This document shows, in pieces, positions 12,753 through 24,800 of a stretch of DNA of 64,000 bases; position 1 is the first letter of the stretch, and each line of letters begins with the position of its first letter. The notes below the pieces were generated by a model, which ran no database searches, was not told the DNA's origin, and saw nothing but the letters and a program-made list of their open reading frames with translations. The stretch is from Macrostomum hystrix (lineage: Eukaryota > Animalia > Platyhelminthes), in assembly GCA_950097015.1 (NCBI GenBank), contig CATNEN010000034.1, positions 4,030,001-4,094,000 of the forward strand. Direction: 5' to 3'. The position numbers were made by a program, and so were the translations under genes.

Positions 12753-14299
12753 ATATGAAATGTGAATCGCATTCCAAGAATGCAGATAAAAAACCGACAC
12801 AAAAAATGACGAATTGAAGACAGTAAAAGCCTGGACTTAACCACAAAATGAAATTTTAAAGATTTTAAAAATTGTTGCATCAGGTTGCTGCGGTGCTCTG
12901 AGAAACAGCTTCTGTTAAAGCGCAGTAACAGTTAGATAAAGACTTTGATTAATATTATTAATAATATATATATATTAAACATTATAAGGGGCCAGACCAC
13001 ACAAAAGCAGGTAGTGCCGCAAGTTGGGTCATAAATAACACAAACACACAAACAATATCGATATTTTACGTACAGATAACATCATCGATATAGGGAGCGT
13101 CTGTCCTATAGGAGTTTAATCCATAGACAACGACAAAAACACAGTGCAGCGCCCCTCCCGGTACAAATAATGGAGTTTTATTATTTCACCTGTATAGTCA
13201 CTGCATGCTACTAATAGTAGTGAGAAACAGAGAAGCGTGACCAACGGTGATTAGGATGTGAAAAAACGTTCACTTTTTAAACAGAAGTAAATAAACAGCA
13301 GATGAATATAAAAAATGAAAACGTCAAAAACAGTTTTAAAGCTTTCTTTCCAGAGAGAGAGATTACTGCAAATTTATAAGGCTTAGTTAGAGGCATATCT
13401 AGGGGTTCGAATATTTTTAAGCAAATCAAAATCATTTCTTTCTTATCTAAATGATGGCCAACCTATTCAGAAACTATTGAGAATAATACATGCTCTACAC
13501 AGAACAAAACTATTGCTGCTTATGAACAACACAAACTAACACTAGACCAATGCAAATATTTCTCTTTCATTTTTACTTCTATTTTCATACTGCAACTAAA
13601 AAATCCTGTAATACAAGTACACTAATAAGAGTGATTGCACGATATAAACAGTTAAACAAGAGACAGCTAATTTTTAGATTTTACCGTAACTGGTACAGCT
13701 GTCAATTGTGATTCCAATGTAACAATAAGAAATCGCTGTTTGTTGCAAGAATACAGTTAAAAATATTAACCAAGAGATTTAGCAATTGATGGTCCCAATT
13801 GTTAGTTTTTTATCTAATGTGAAAACAATTTTGTGAAAGACGCAAATTATGCAAACAAAAGACTTATTAAATTACAGAATACGAGCGTATCTGACAAAAC
13901 AGCTTTATTTCATTACAGTGAACAGTCAAAGCGTAGGCGAAATGTTATATTAGAAAATCAATTTGGACATCTTGGGTGTGACCGCTGTACATAAGCGGTC
14001 GTAAATCAGATGTGAATTGTTTCCATGGCGACGACAAATCAATTACCCGATAAAAATAATTAGGGATGCGGGTCACATTCAAATTAATTTGTTTCCTAGG
14101 TATTGAAATTGCCACTACTTTTGAGTTTGAAAATAACTTAAGCCTGGAATGCTTGATAAGCAAAACTAAGGAACAAACAAGCCAGCCGATATGTGTTGAA
14201 AAATGTCAGAGAAAGTGATTTAATCCCACACTACGCAATCAATTAATGTGAGAAGCAAAATAAAAAAAATAAAGAAAACAAAAAAGAAAAGAAATTCAG

Positions 14300-17200
14300 C
14301 TAGCCATCCTCTTTCGGCGGCGTGAACCAGCCCTTCTTCTCGTGAATATGAACAAGCGCCCTGAAGCTGTGCTGAGCTCTGGCCAGAGTGTAGGAATTCT
14401 TGTTGGCAGCAAAATTTATCCGGGCTTTGCCCTTCACCAGAGTAGCCGAGATCTGCAGCACCAGGGACTCCAGGCTGTAGGCCGACGACCAGCCCTGTGC
14501 GCCAATTTCAATTCTTTGTTTTAATTCAGCCTACTTAAATCGGTTAGAGTTATGCTTGGGTGAACATCAGCTGATCTAGGGTGAACATCAGCTGATCTAG
14601 GGTGAACATCAGCTGATCTAGGGTGAACATCAGCTGATCTAGAGTGAACATCAGCTGATCTAGAGTAAACATCAGCTGATCTAGGGTGAACATCAGCTGA
14701 TCTAGGGTGAACATCAGCTGATCTAGGGTGAACATCAGCTGATCTAGGGTGAACATCAGCTGATCTAAAGTAAACATCAGCTGATCTAGAGTAAACATCA
14801 GCTGATCTAGAGTGAACATCAGCTGATCTAGGGTGAACATCAGAGCCTGATCTAGAGTAAACATCGGCTGATCTAGAGTAAACATCAGAGCCTGATCTAG
14901 AGTAAACATCGGCTGATCTAGAGTAAACATCAGAGCCTGATCTAGAGTAAACATCGGCTGATCTAGAGTAAACATCGGCTGATCTAGAGTAAACATCAGA
15001 GCCTGATCTAGAGTAAACATCGGCTGATCTAGAGTAAACATCAGCTGATCTAGAGTAAACATCAGCTGATCTAGAGTAAACATCAGCTGATCTAGAGTAA
15101 ACATCAGCTGATCTAGGGTGAACATCAGCTGATCTAGAGTAAACATCAGCTGATCTAGAGTAAACATCAGCTGATCTAGAGTAAACATCAGCTGATCTAG
15201 AGTAAACATCAGCTGATCTAGAGTAAACATCAGCTGATCTAGGGTGAACATCAGCTGATCTAGAGTAAACATCAGCTGATCTAGAGTAAACACCAGCTGA
15301 TCTAGAGTAAACATCAGCTGATCTAGAGTGAACATCAGCTGATCTAGGGTAAGCAGACAAGGGCAGATTAGCTTAGATTAGATTAGGGGTTGACATTAGC
15401 TGATAAACATAGCTAACAAACATTGAAAACTTTTAGTTAGTTTAACATATCGCATAATTAGAATTTCTAGTAGCAAGTTGAGCCAACAAGGTCGAGTGAG
15501 GCAACATGGACGGTCCAACAAATCTAAGCAGACACAAATAATACTCAAAGCCAACCTGTTTAGTGAGCAGTTCCATGCAGATGGCGCCTCCCTGGAGCAC
15601 ATAGCCATTGTTAAGGACCGGATGGATGACGCGAACAAATGGCGGCTCAAAAGGAAATGCGTCTTTGAAATGAAAGCCGAGAGTGATGCGAGCAGTGTCT
15701 GAATCACCGCTGCTGCGGCTCAGCTGTTCTAGGTCGCGCTGCAACGGACTATCCGGATCAACACGCAGCAGATGCACGTGCCACTCGTACAGGCTGTCAT
15801 TAACCAACTCCACGGAGAATATTCCCGCCTTCAGGTTTGATGACCTAAATTAGAGGAAAAAAATATTGTTTACATCCCTGCGTCACTACTGATTTTGTAA
15901 ATGAGTAGTATGACAGTAGACACGCGTGATCTTTTTGCGAAGTTATCTAAATTTAGATTTCTAATGTGCCATTTTTAACGATATTAATTAAAAAACTCAC
16001 CTGTAGATCTCTTTGAGCTCCTTCATCAGCCTATCCGTAGCCTGAACAGAGCCAACAGGTGGAGCGGCCTGATTAGCATAGGCCTCCCTCTGTGCTGTCT
16101 TCAGCCGGCGCAGAGTCTCAATGTGAGCGCGTGATTCAATGCCGGAAAATTCCGACGACATTTCGGCGGCTTCGCCGGAGCTGGCCGCGGCCGATGAAGC
16201 CGCGACTGAAGACGAATGACAGCCGGCTAGTTCGGAATTCGCGCCTGGGGCAGCGTCAGACATGTGCAGATCGTCTTCGTAGTCTTCGAAGCCGGTGTCT
16301 TCCTCGTCCGACATACTGCTGCCGGCGGCGCCGTCATCATCCTGAGGATAATTCCCAATGCCCATCATTATGCACATCATCATTCCCAATTCCCAATGCC
16401 CATCATTATCGTAATTTTGCTATATCTTCATCAAGGTGGTCGGTGGCATAGCGGTTATCGCGTTTGCCTCTCGCACCGCGGTCCCTAAGTTCGATTCCAC
16501 GGGGAGGCCACATTTATTTGGGGCGCAGCCGCGGAGAGAAGGCTTGGGGGCTTGTCGTGCAATTTACGCCCTTGAGGGCCAACCTCCAAGGCATAGTGAA
16601 ATATACACTGCCTGACGATGAGAAAGTCAGGGCAGATGTACACACCTGTGTGAGTGTGTGCCTGCGTAAAGTATCTGTGTGCGTGTCTGCTCAGGAGTCA
16701 GCGAAATGGGCAGAATTGCCTCCTCGCTGGCTGCGTGTCTAGTGTCACCAAATGATGTGCCATTGCCCGCAGCCCTCCTGCAATTATTATTATGGATGCA
16801 TTAAGCATTATTTGGCGACTGTCAACCTGTAGACAGCATGGATTCGCCAGAGAGTTCTACACAGAGCAATGTTAATTGTCCTTGTCCCCAGGGTCTTCGA
16901 CAAGAATCGCTGTATATCTCGACGATGCTGACTCGGACGGCTTTGAAAGTTAGTTCATCGCAAAATCGGTCATTCGGTCTGGGAGCTATCGTGAAGTAGG
17001 CAGTGGCCAGTGGGTATTTAAAATACTCCCCATGTTATTTCCCCATGTGGAAATAGCGTAGTGGTGATTTGGCCAAATTAATGCGGCCTCGCTGCGGATT
17101 TGAGCTCACGAAACTTGTTGCGAGAGTCTCAGATGCATTAACCGCTACTCAACTCACTGCCCCATGCTCAAACCCACACTATTTTCAACCCATCATCGAA

Positions 17201-18726
17201 GCCTCACTAGCTCTTAGACATCCAAATCCCATATTACTCACAGGGTCCTCCTCGTCAGCAGCTGCAGCAGCAGCCGCGGCGCCAGCTCTAGCACCCCTAC
17301 TGGTAGAACTGGCCAAGTAGTTGCGCAGCTGGGCAACCTCAGGTGGTACTGACAGGCCGATGGAGCTGCAGAGCCGTTCTAGCAAGCTACAGATCTGCTG
17401 CACCAGATTGCAGTTGTGCGAATGGTTCTCCTGCAGTTCAGCTAAGACTGAGGTCACCTGCTGATTGTCTGAGTCTGAGAACCAAAGTGCCGGCGTCTGG
17501 GGATAGTTTTCCTTTTGAAGTGAAAAAGTATTAAAGCAGCTGAATGGATAAAATGCATAATTAAAATATAATATTACCCACCCACAATATGCAAAATAAC
17601 CCACTATTTATAGTATACCAACAATTTTAAGTATTTTCCTAATTTCACATTTGATGCAACAAAAACCAAAAAATAACCTAAACACTTAAAAGCCAGCTAA
17701 GAAACAAATAGAAATATATACCATTCCCTGCTAACTAGATTGGCTTACAAATTAAGGCTCTAAAGCCTTATTGCATACATTGTGGCAGATGGCTACCAGC
17801 TTAGATAAAATTAAGGCAGTTGTTATTTGTCCAGTTAACCAGACAAATAGCCCTTTGATTATTCGTCCAGTTAATTATTTTATCTTAAAAATGATAGAGA
17901 TTCTCGTGGTAGTGCTACAACCCCTTCTAACTTAGTTAATCACTCAAGAGGAAAGCCTATCAGGCTTAGTCCTAGGCAAAATTTATATCAAATAAATAGC
18001 TAGTTGACATTAATTTTAGGCAGTTGTTATTTGTCCAGTTAGTGATTTTATTGTTAATTTTAGATTTCATACCAAATGTCTGCATTAGAAGGAAGGCACC
18101 AAACTATGCATATCAGAAGAGATCTTCCCTTTAAGCGAAATTGTTTACATCTATCTAATGTCTGTTTGATTTGTATTTTTATCCAACTAAAGAGTAACCT
18201 AAGTTCCTTTGAAGCATGAAGTTGTAGTGACTCATTTGAATACTTCTACAAAGTCAACTGGGTCACCAGCAAATGATGATACCCAGATCAACAGTGAGGA
18301 CCACAATTTCAACTCCTTGATACTCTAAGGGTGCATTTTTTCTTTGTTGCTTTTATTAACTATTGAGCGGTACTAGGCTTAATTGCATTCAATGCTAAAT
18401 AAGTGAAATCTAGTTCTTTACAAGGATTATTGTATTAAAATGTTTATTCTATACTGTTATTATTATGACAATGGCATAGGTATGGGAAATAGGAGACAAT
18501 TAAATATTTTCCTTGTCCATCATCAAATTAAATTAATTTGAACCATAGGCCTATTATAGGTACTCACCATGATGGTTGCAGTGAGGTCAAAAGACTTAGT
18601 GCCATGCAAGAATTTGCAGTTAACTTCATCTAGATTAGATGAAATAATACGAAAAATAGGGTGTATTCTTGGAAATGTTCGCTTTAGGTGCTCTAAATCT
18701 TCCTTTAAATTTTTAAGACAAGACAT
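14300..18726 (-). CDS. UBE2Q: Ubiquitin-conjugating enzyme E2 Q family (RWD + UBC domains)
   Basis: Exons 18726-18568, 17511-17242, 16341-16001, 15844-15556 and 14494-14300, all in phase. Motifs [61 protein letters not shown] (catalytic Cys) and the C-terminal [10 protein letters not shown]. Confidence 0.95.
14557..15350. repeat. 21-bp minisatellite (AACATCAGCTGATCTAGAGTA)n in the last UBE2Q intron
   Basis: About 37 copies with occasional 3-bp insertions. Confidence 0.95.
16438..16793 (+). mobile_element. tRNA-derived SINE, family A (intronic copy)
   Basis: Box A-like TGGCATAGCGG, box B GTTCGATTCC, a body of about 280 bp and an (ATT)n tail. Homologous copies at 54568-54928 and 58341-58575. 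Confidence 0.8.
16860..17165 (-). mobile_element. tRNA-headed SINE, family B
   Basis: The minus strand reads GAGTAGCGGTTAATGC..AAATCC (tRNA-like head). The body CACTGCCTACTTCaCGATAGCTCCCAGACCGAATGACCGATTTT recurs on the plus strand near 30555. Confidence 0.6.
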
Positions 18727-20201
18727 TTTGAAGTAAAGTATTAATTTCAAGTAGTGAAACCAACTAAGTATTTATATTAGCAGTTAATAATTCTCGTAAA
18801 AGGACCTTCTAGTATGCTTTCGGTATTGCCTTCCTAGATGGTCTATAGAAAACTGTTCAAGTTTTGCAGTAGCCTATACTAGAAACTAGAATCTGACAAA
18901 AAATGCATGTTACAAAAGGATTGCTTAAAAGACAAGATAGACTGGAGAGAGTTATACGATTTATTCTTTATTATTCCGATTGTTGCATCATCATCAAAAG
19001 CTGTATTAAGTAATTTGTCCGAAAAAATTTAGATGTCGAGAAATAGTTTTGACATTTAAAAGAGTAAAGAAAATATAAAAAATAGTTTCTTAATAGTCAA
19101 ATAAACGTAGAAAATGAAAGTAATTTTTTCATAAAAAATCTCTATATTAGTCGACAATAAATTGTCAATTACTTTTTCTTAAACAATGTTGTTAAGCCGA
19201 CTTTTGAAAGCCGGTGAAAAACCAACTGATCTCAAATCATCCAACTCATCCAACTCATCCGAAAAACCAACTTATCTTTAAATAGGCCTAGGCCTAATGA
19301 GCAGGGCCACGACATCCCATCTATGGATTGAAAAAACAGCATGAGCAAAAGTTGTTTCTCGCTTTTGTTATTTACACTGATTGAAATAACACAACAGGTT
19401 TGTGTGTCAAACCTTACCCAGGCTTTCCTAGGTGCATCGTTTAACTTAGGCCATATGCTTTGCGCTCGACCTGTATTGATTTTCGCTTAGGCCTATAAGC
19501 ATTAGAATAAGCCTCGGTCGTGACGCAGGCTTATTTAATATCCTGTGTCTCGAGGCCTACGGGTGCTAGGCCTAGGCTAGTCACTTCGTCAACTGCCATT
19601 TCATCAAATGGTTGTGAACTGGACTCATCCCTGTATTTTTGGTCCCTATAAACTAGCCAATCAGGCCATCTCTGGTCACTTCGTCAACAAACAAATCATG
19701 CAGTAACTGCTTACATAACACTTGTATATTTATACACTTGATGTATTGGTAGGTATAGACCTATATATAGGCTCTACCTATTATTTGATTGGCTCACTGA
19801 TTCTAGTTTATAGTCATACTAAGGCTCGAGTAGATTGTATTTGTAACACACACACTCCTTTATATTCACTTCTGAAAACACTTGTTTTCAGAATGATTCA
19901 ATTCTCAACTCCTCTATGCATTGTAGACTTGTAGTAATAGGCCTAACTAGAAAAAAACTTAGCAAAACTCATTATCACTGTAACTATATATTTCTATTTG
20001 TTTATTAGGCCTATTCTTAAGTTTTTGATACCATGAAGCCTGACCATACAGTTAAATTATAGTGCATAAAAGCATGGATATTTATTCTGTTTCTGGAGAG
20101 AGAAGACCTGCAATTGCATACCTGATGTGCAACCTCCAGAATTGTAGCCAGTTGTACATCTTAGTTTTGAACCAAAAATAAACATTGGCATAGTCCTAGC
20201 A

Positions 20202-20704
20202 GTACCTGGACACTTTGTCATCTTACAACTTTGTCATCTAGATGACGATCTGTCCAACATCTCAGAGCATACATGCGCAACCTCCCAAATCTTAGCTAGC
20301 CTTGCGACTTAGTTTTTGCTCTCATTTGCGAAGTCCTTAGTTCCTTTCATTGCTCTATTTACGACTTAGTTTGCTCTCTTTTTCTCTCCCCTTTTTCCTT
20401 TTCTTCACGCCTTCCTTTTTTGTCCCTTGGTCCCCCCTTTGATTTTTTTGATCTTGGTCGATTGGTTTTTGTGACTTACCTTGCTTGGCCCTCATTTCAC
20501 CCGGCCAGTTCGGCCGGGTCGGCCAGGTGTTGCGCATGTATGTCTCAGAGGGTGGATGATAAAAGAGATTTAGACTTGTAGACACTTTGTCATCTATAAA
20601 ACAAATGTTTTCAAAGTTAGAACAGAACCACCCCTCCTACCTTCCAAGTAGATGACGAAGTTGTAAGATGACAAAGTTGTAAGATGACTAAGTGTCTAGG
20701 ATCC
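20202..20704. mobile_element. Non-autonomous Mutator-like MITE
   Basis: Perfect 9-bp flanking direct repeat GTCCTAGCA (20193-20201 and 20705-20713); inverted termini built from TCATCTTACAACTTTG subrepeats. Confidence 0.8.
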
Positions 20705-21864
20705 GTCCTAGCAACTAGTCTAATTTTTTTAATTAGGCCTATTAGGTCTATCCTTAGCAAACATAATATAGCATATATAGGCCCTATCTAATCAAGTCAA
20801 GCTAATCCATATAGTTTTATACAGTAATACAAAGTTATATTAGGCCTAAGCATATCCTTCTGTTTTATATCTGTAATAAATAACAATAAGATTTAATTTC
20901 AGACTAATATTAAATAGCTAAGCCCTACCCAATTAGCATAATAACCTATGCCAAAAAAACTTTAAGCTGCAATTTAGTCTTCTGTAGAAATTAGTAATAT
21001 TAAAACAATTGCTTTTTATTTATTGTCTTCTTGATTTTATTGATTAATTTGATTTTGTCAATATTTTTTTCACTTACAGTTCATTTATAAGCTTGACTTC
21101 ATATGCATAGCTTTTTCATTTCATTTTTACACATTTAGGGTCTGGTCCATTGAAAAGCATGCTTAATTAATTTTTATAAATCAAACCAAAAAGTAGAATT
21201 ATTTAGTTAGATATAAAAATTCATGGTAAGCATATCTTTTAATGTACTCCGATGTAATTTCTGTTAATATTATACCAGACTCAACATTCTATTGAACCAT
21301 CTTAAATTGTTTTGCTAATCTAGCAAAAATAATTGCAAGTTTAGTGACTTATTACCTTAAATAAAGTAGGCGCATATCTTTACAACCAGTCACTAATGTA
21401 CTAGCATTTATAAACTAATGGTTGCCTATTTTCTGGCTAAACTATTTGTGGATTTCTACATGGTTTGTTTGAGCTTTTTATTAACAATTTTATTGCTATA
21501 GATTGAAAAAACTATATACTAGATTATAGTCTACAAAGCCTTATTCTTTGTAAAAAAAAAGTTTTTCTGATTCTATGCTTTTATTATCTTTTTTGTAGTA
21601 TACATCATTTTGTTGTCATATTACATGTTGCCAAGTCAGCTTGTAATTAGTGTTTAATTGCACCAATAAAGTAGTTAATTCCTGTTCCTTATGCTCTATA
21701 TGAAGGCTCTACTTAGCAGTCATTTTGCTTTGTACCAGGACTAGTGAACTACCGAACCAGGACTACCGAACTCTCAATTTGGCTTTAGTCATCTAAGCTC
21801 ATACTAAAGTGTGTTTCTTATTCTTTCCAGTCCTATTGACACAGTTCATGACACTTAACCCCCA

Positions 21865-24800
21865 ATGTGGTCCCTATTCTCAAAAGATCCTGCCACTAAT
21901 TTTCCCTACGAGAGTGGCGAACTGGTGGAACGAATTGGCGATTGGTCGCTTCATAAGTGTCGCAAGAAAGGCGCGGATAGCTGGGATCAGTATTCTCTGT
22001 TCGCCTTCGACTGTCGGGCAGCCGCCGCCGACCCTGGCGCAATCGCTCGAGCGAAATCTTGTGCCAAGCACAGCAAAACCCTACGGCATCCGTGCCTATT
22101 GACTTTCACCGATGGTGTAGAAACAGAGAAAGTGATCTACATTGTCACTGAGCGAGTCTGGCCACTGTTTGAATACTTGCGCACTAAAGCTGATTCGGCG
22201 AGTTTTACACTGCTCGCTTCCTGGGGCATCTCTCAGGTATGAGCAGTGCCTGTTCATAATTATTCAGTCTTAAGAAGCTTTGCTTTAAGAAGAGATACCG
22301 AACTCTTGAAAACTCTAAGATCGCTAATTTATCAGCAATACAACTAAATTCAAGGTTGCCAAAGGTGCCGCTTTCCTAAATCGCGACTGCCGCCTCCTTC
22401 ACGGACGCCTGCGTGCCGCCTCCGTGTTTGTGAACAGCGCAGGCGAATGGAAACTTTGGGCCTTTCAGCACACAGCGCCTCTTGATGATCCGTCATCCGC
22501 TTCCGTGTCCACAGTTGGCTATGAAATGCCTGACATCTACTTGCCGCCTGATGCGGATAGACTGTCGAAGCCTAGCGATAGAGAGACTGTGGACTCCTGG
22601 GGACTTGGCTGCTTCGTTTGGGAGGTCGGCCTGAGCTATTTTCTTGCGGAGTTCATTTGAGACTACTGTTCCAGTAGATGGTGTTGGTGAGCTCACATGA
22701 GGCTAGTGTGTCAGTAGATGGTGTTGCTGAGCTCACATGAGGCTAGTGTGTCAGTAGATGGTGTTGGTGAGCTCACATGAGGCTAGTGTGTCAGTAGATG
22801 GTGTTGGTGAGCTCACATGAGGCTAGTGTGTCAGTAGATGGTGTTGCTGAGCTCACATGAGGCTAGTGTGTCAGTAGATGGTGTTGCTGAGCTCACATGA
22901 GGCTAGTGTGTCAGTAGATGGTGTTGGTGAGCTCACATGAGGCTAGTGTGTCAGTAGATGGTGTTGGTGAGCTCACATGAGGCTAGTGTGTCAGTAGATG
23001 GTGTTGGTGAGCTCACATGAGGCTAGTGTGTCAGTAGATGGTGTTGGTGAGCTCACATGAGGCTAGTGTGTCAGTAGATGGTGTTGGTGAGCTCACATGA
23101 GGCTAGTGTGTCAGTAGATGGTGTTGGTGAGCTCACATGAGGCTAGTGTGTCAGTAGATGGTGTTGGTGAGCTCACATGAGGCTAGTGTGTCAGTAGATG
23201 GTGTTGGTGAGCTCACATGAGGCTAGTGTGTCAGTAGATGGTGTTGGTGAGCTCACATGAGGCTAGTGTGTCAGTAGATGGTGTTGGTGAGCTCACATGA
23301 GGCTAGTGTGTCAGTAGATGGTGTTGGTGAGCTCACATGAGGCTAGTGTGTCAGTAGATGGTGTTGGTGAGCTCACATGAGGCTAGCGTGTCAGTAGATG
23401 GTGTTGGTGAGCTCACATGAGGCTAGTGTGTCAGTAGATGGTGTTGGTGAGCTCACATGAGGCTAGTGTGTCAGTAGATGGTATTGGTGAGCTCACATGA
23501 GGCTAGTGTGTCAGTAGATGGTGTTGGTGAGCTCACATGAGGCTAGTGTGTCAGTAGATGGTGTTGGTGAGCTCACATGAGGCTAGTGTGTCAGTAGATG
23601 GTGTTGCTGAGCTCACATGAGGCTAGTGTGTCAGTAGATGGTGTTGGTGAGCTCACATGAGGCTAGTGTGTCAGTAGATGGTGTTGGTGAGCTCACATGA
23701 GGCTAGTGTGTCAGTAGATGGTGTTGGTGAGCTCACATGAGGCTAGTGTGTCAGTAGATGGTGTTGGTGAGCTCACATGAGGCTAGTGTGTCAGTAGATG
23801 GTGTTGGTGAGCTCACATGAGGCTAGTGTGTCAGTAGATGGTGTTGGTGAGCTCACATGAGGCTAGTGTGTCAGTAGATGGTGTTGGTGAGCTCACATGA
23901 GGCTAGTGTGTCAGTAGATGGTGTTGGTGAGCTCACATGAGGCTAGTGTGTCAGTAGATGGTATTGGTGAGCTCACATGAGGCTAGCGTGTCAGTAGATG
24001 GTGTTGGTGAGCTCACATGAGGCTAGTGTGTCAGTAGATGGTGTTGCTGAGCTCACATGAGGCTAGTGTGTCAGTAGATGGTGTTGGTGAGCTCACATGA
24101 GGCTAGTGTGTCAGTAGATGGTGTTGGTGAGCTCACATGAGGCTAGTGTGTCAGTAGATGGTGTTGGTGAGCTCACATGAGGCTAGTGTGTCAGTAGATG
24201 GTATTGGTGAGCTCACATGAGGCTAGTGTGTCAGTAGATGGTGTTGGTGAGCTCACATGAGGCTAGCGTGTCAGTAGATGGTGTTGGTGAGCTCACATGA
24301 GGCTAGTGTGTCAGTAGATGGTGTTGGTGAGCTCACATGAGGCTAGTGTGTCAGTAGATGGTATTGGTGAGCTCACATGAGGCTAGTGTGTCAGTAGATG
24401 GTGTTGGTGAGCTCACATGAGGCTAGTGTGTCAGTAGATGGTGTTGCTGAGCTCACATGAGGCTAGTGTGTCAGTAGATGGTGTTGGTTAGCTCACATGA
24501 GGCTAGTGTGTCAGTAGATGGTGTTGCTGAGCTCACATGAGGCTAGTGTGTCAGTAGATGGTATTGGTGAGCTCACATGAGGCTAGTGTGTCAGTAGATG
24601 GTATTGGTGAGCTCACATGAGGCTAGTGTGTCAGTAGATGGTGTTGGTGAGCTCACATGAGGCTAGTGTGTCAGTAGATGGTGTTGGTGAGCTCACATGA
24701 GGCTAGTGTGTCAGTAGATGGTGTTGGTGAGCTCACATGAGGCTAGCGTGTCAGTAGATGGTGTTGGTGAGCTCACATGAGGCTAGTGTGTCAGTAGATG

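Noticed and set aside
16608-16640. CTGACGA motif in SINE A resembling the hammerhead core CUGANGA
   Set aside because: It is sequestered in a simple CCTGAC/GTCAGG hairpin, and no three-stem junction with GAAA and a cleavage triplet can be built.
16715-16790. GCCTCCTCGCTGGC in SINE A is identical to the HDV ribozyme P3/L3 segment
   Set aside because: The following bases lack the GG needed for P1.1, no P1 partner is evident upstream, and L3 is mutated in the second copy.
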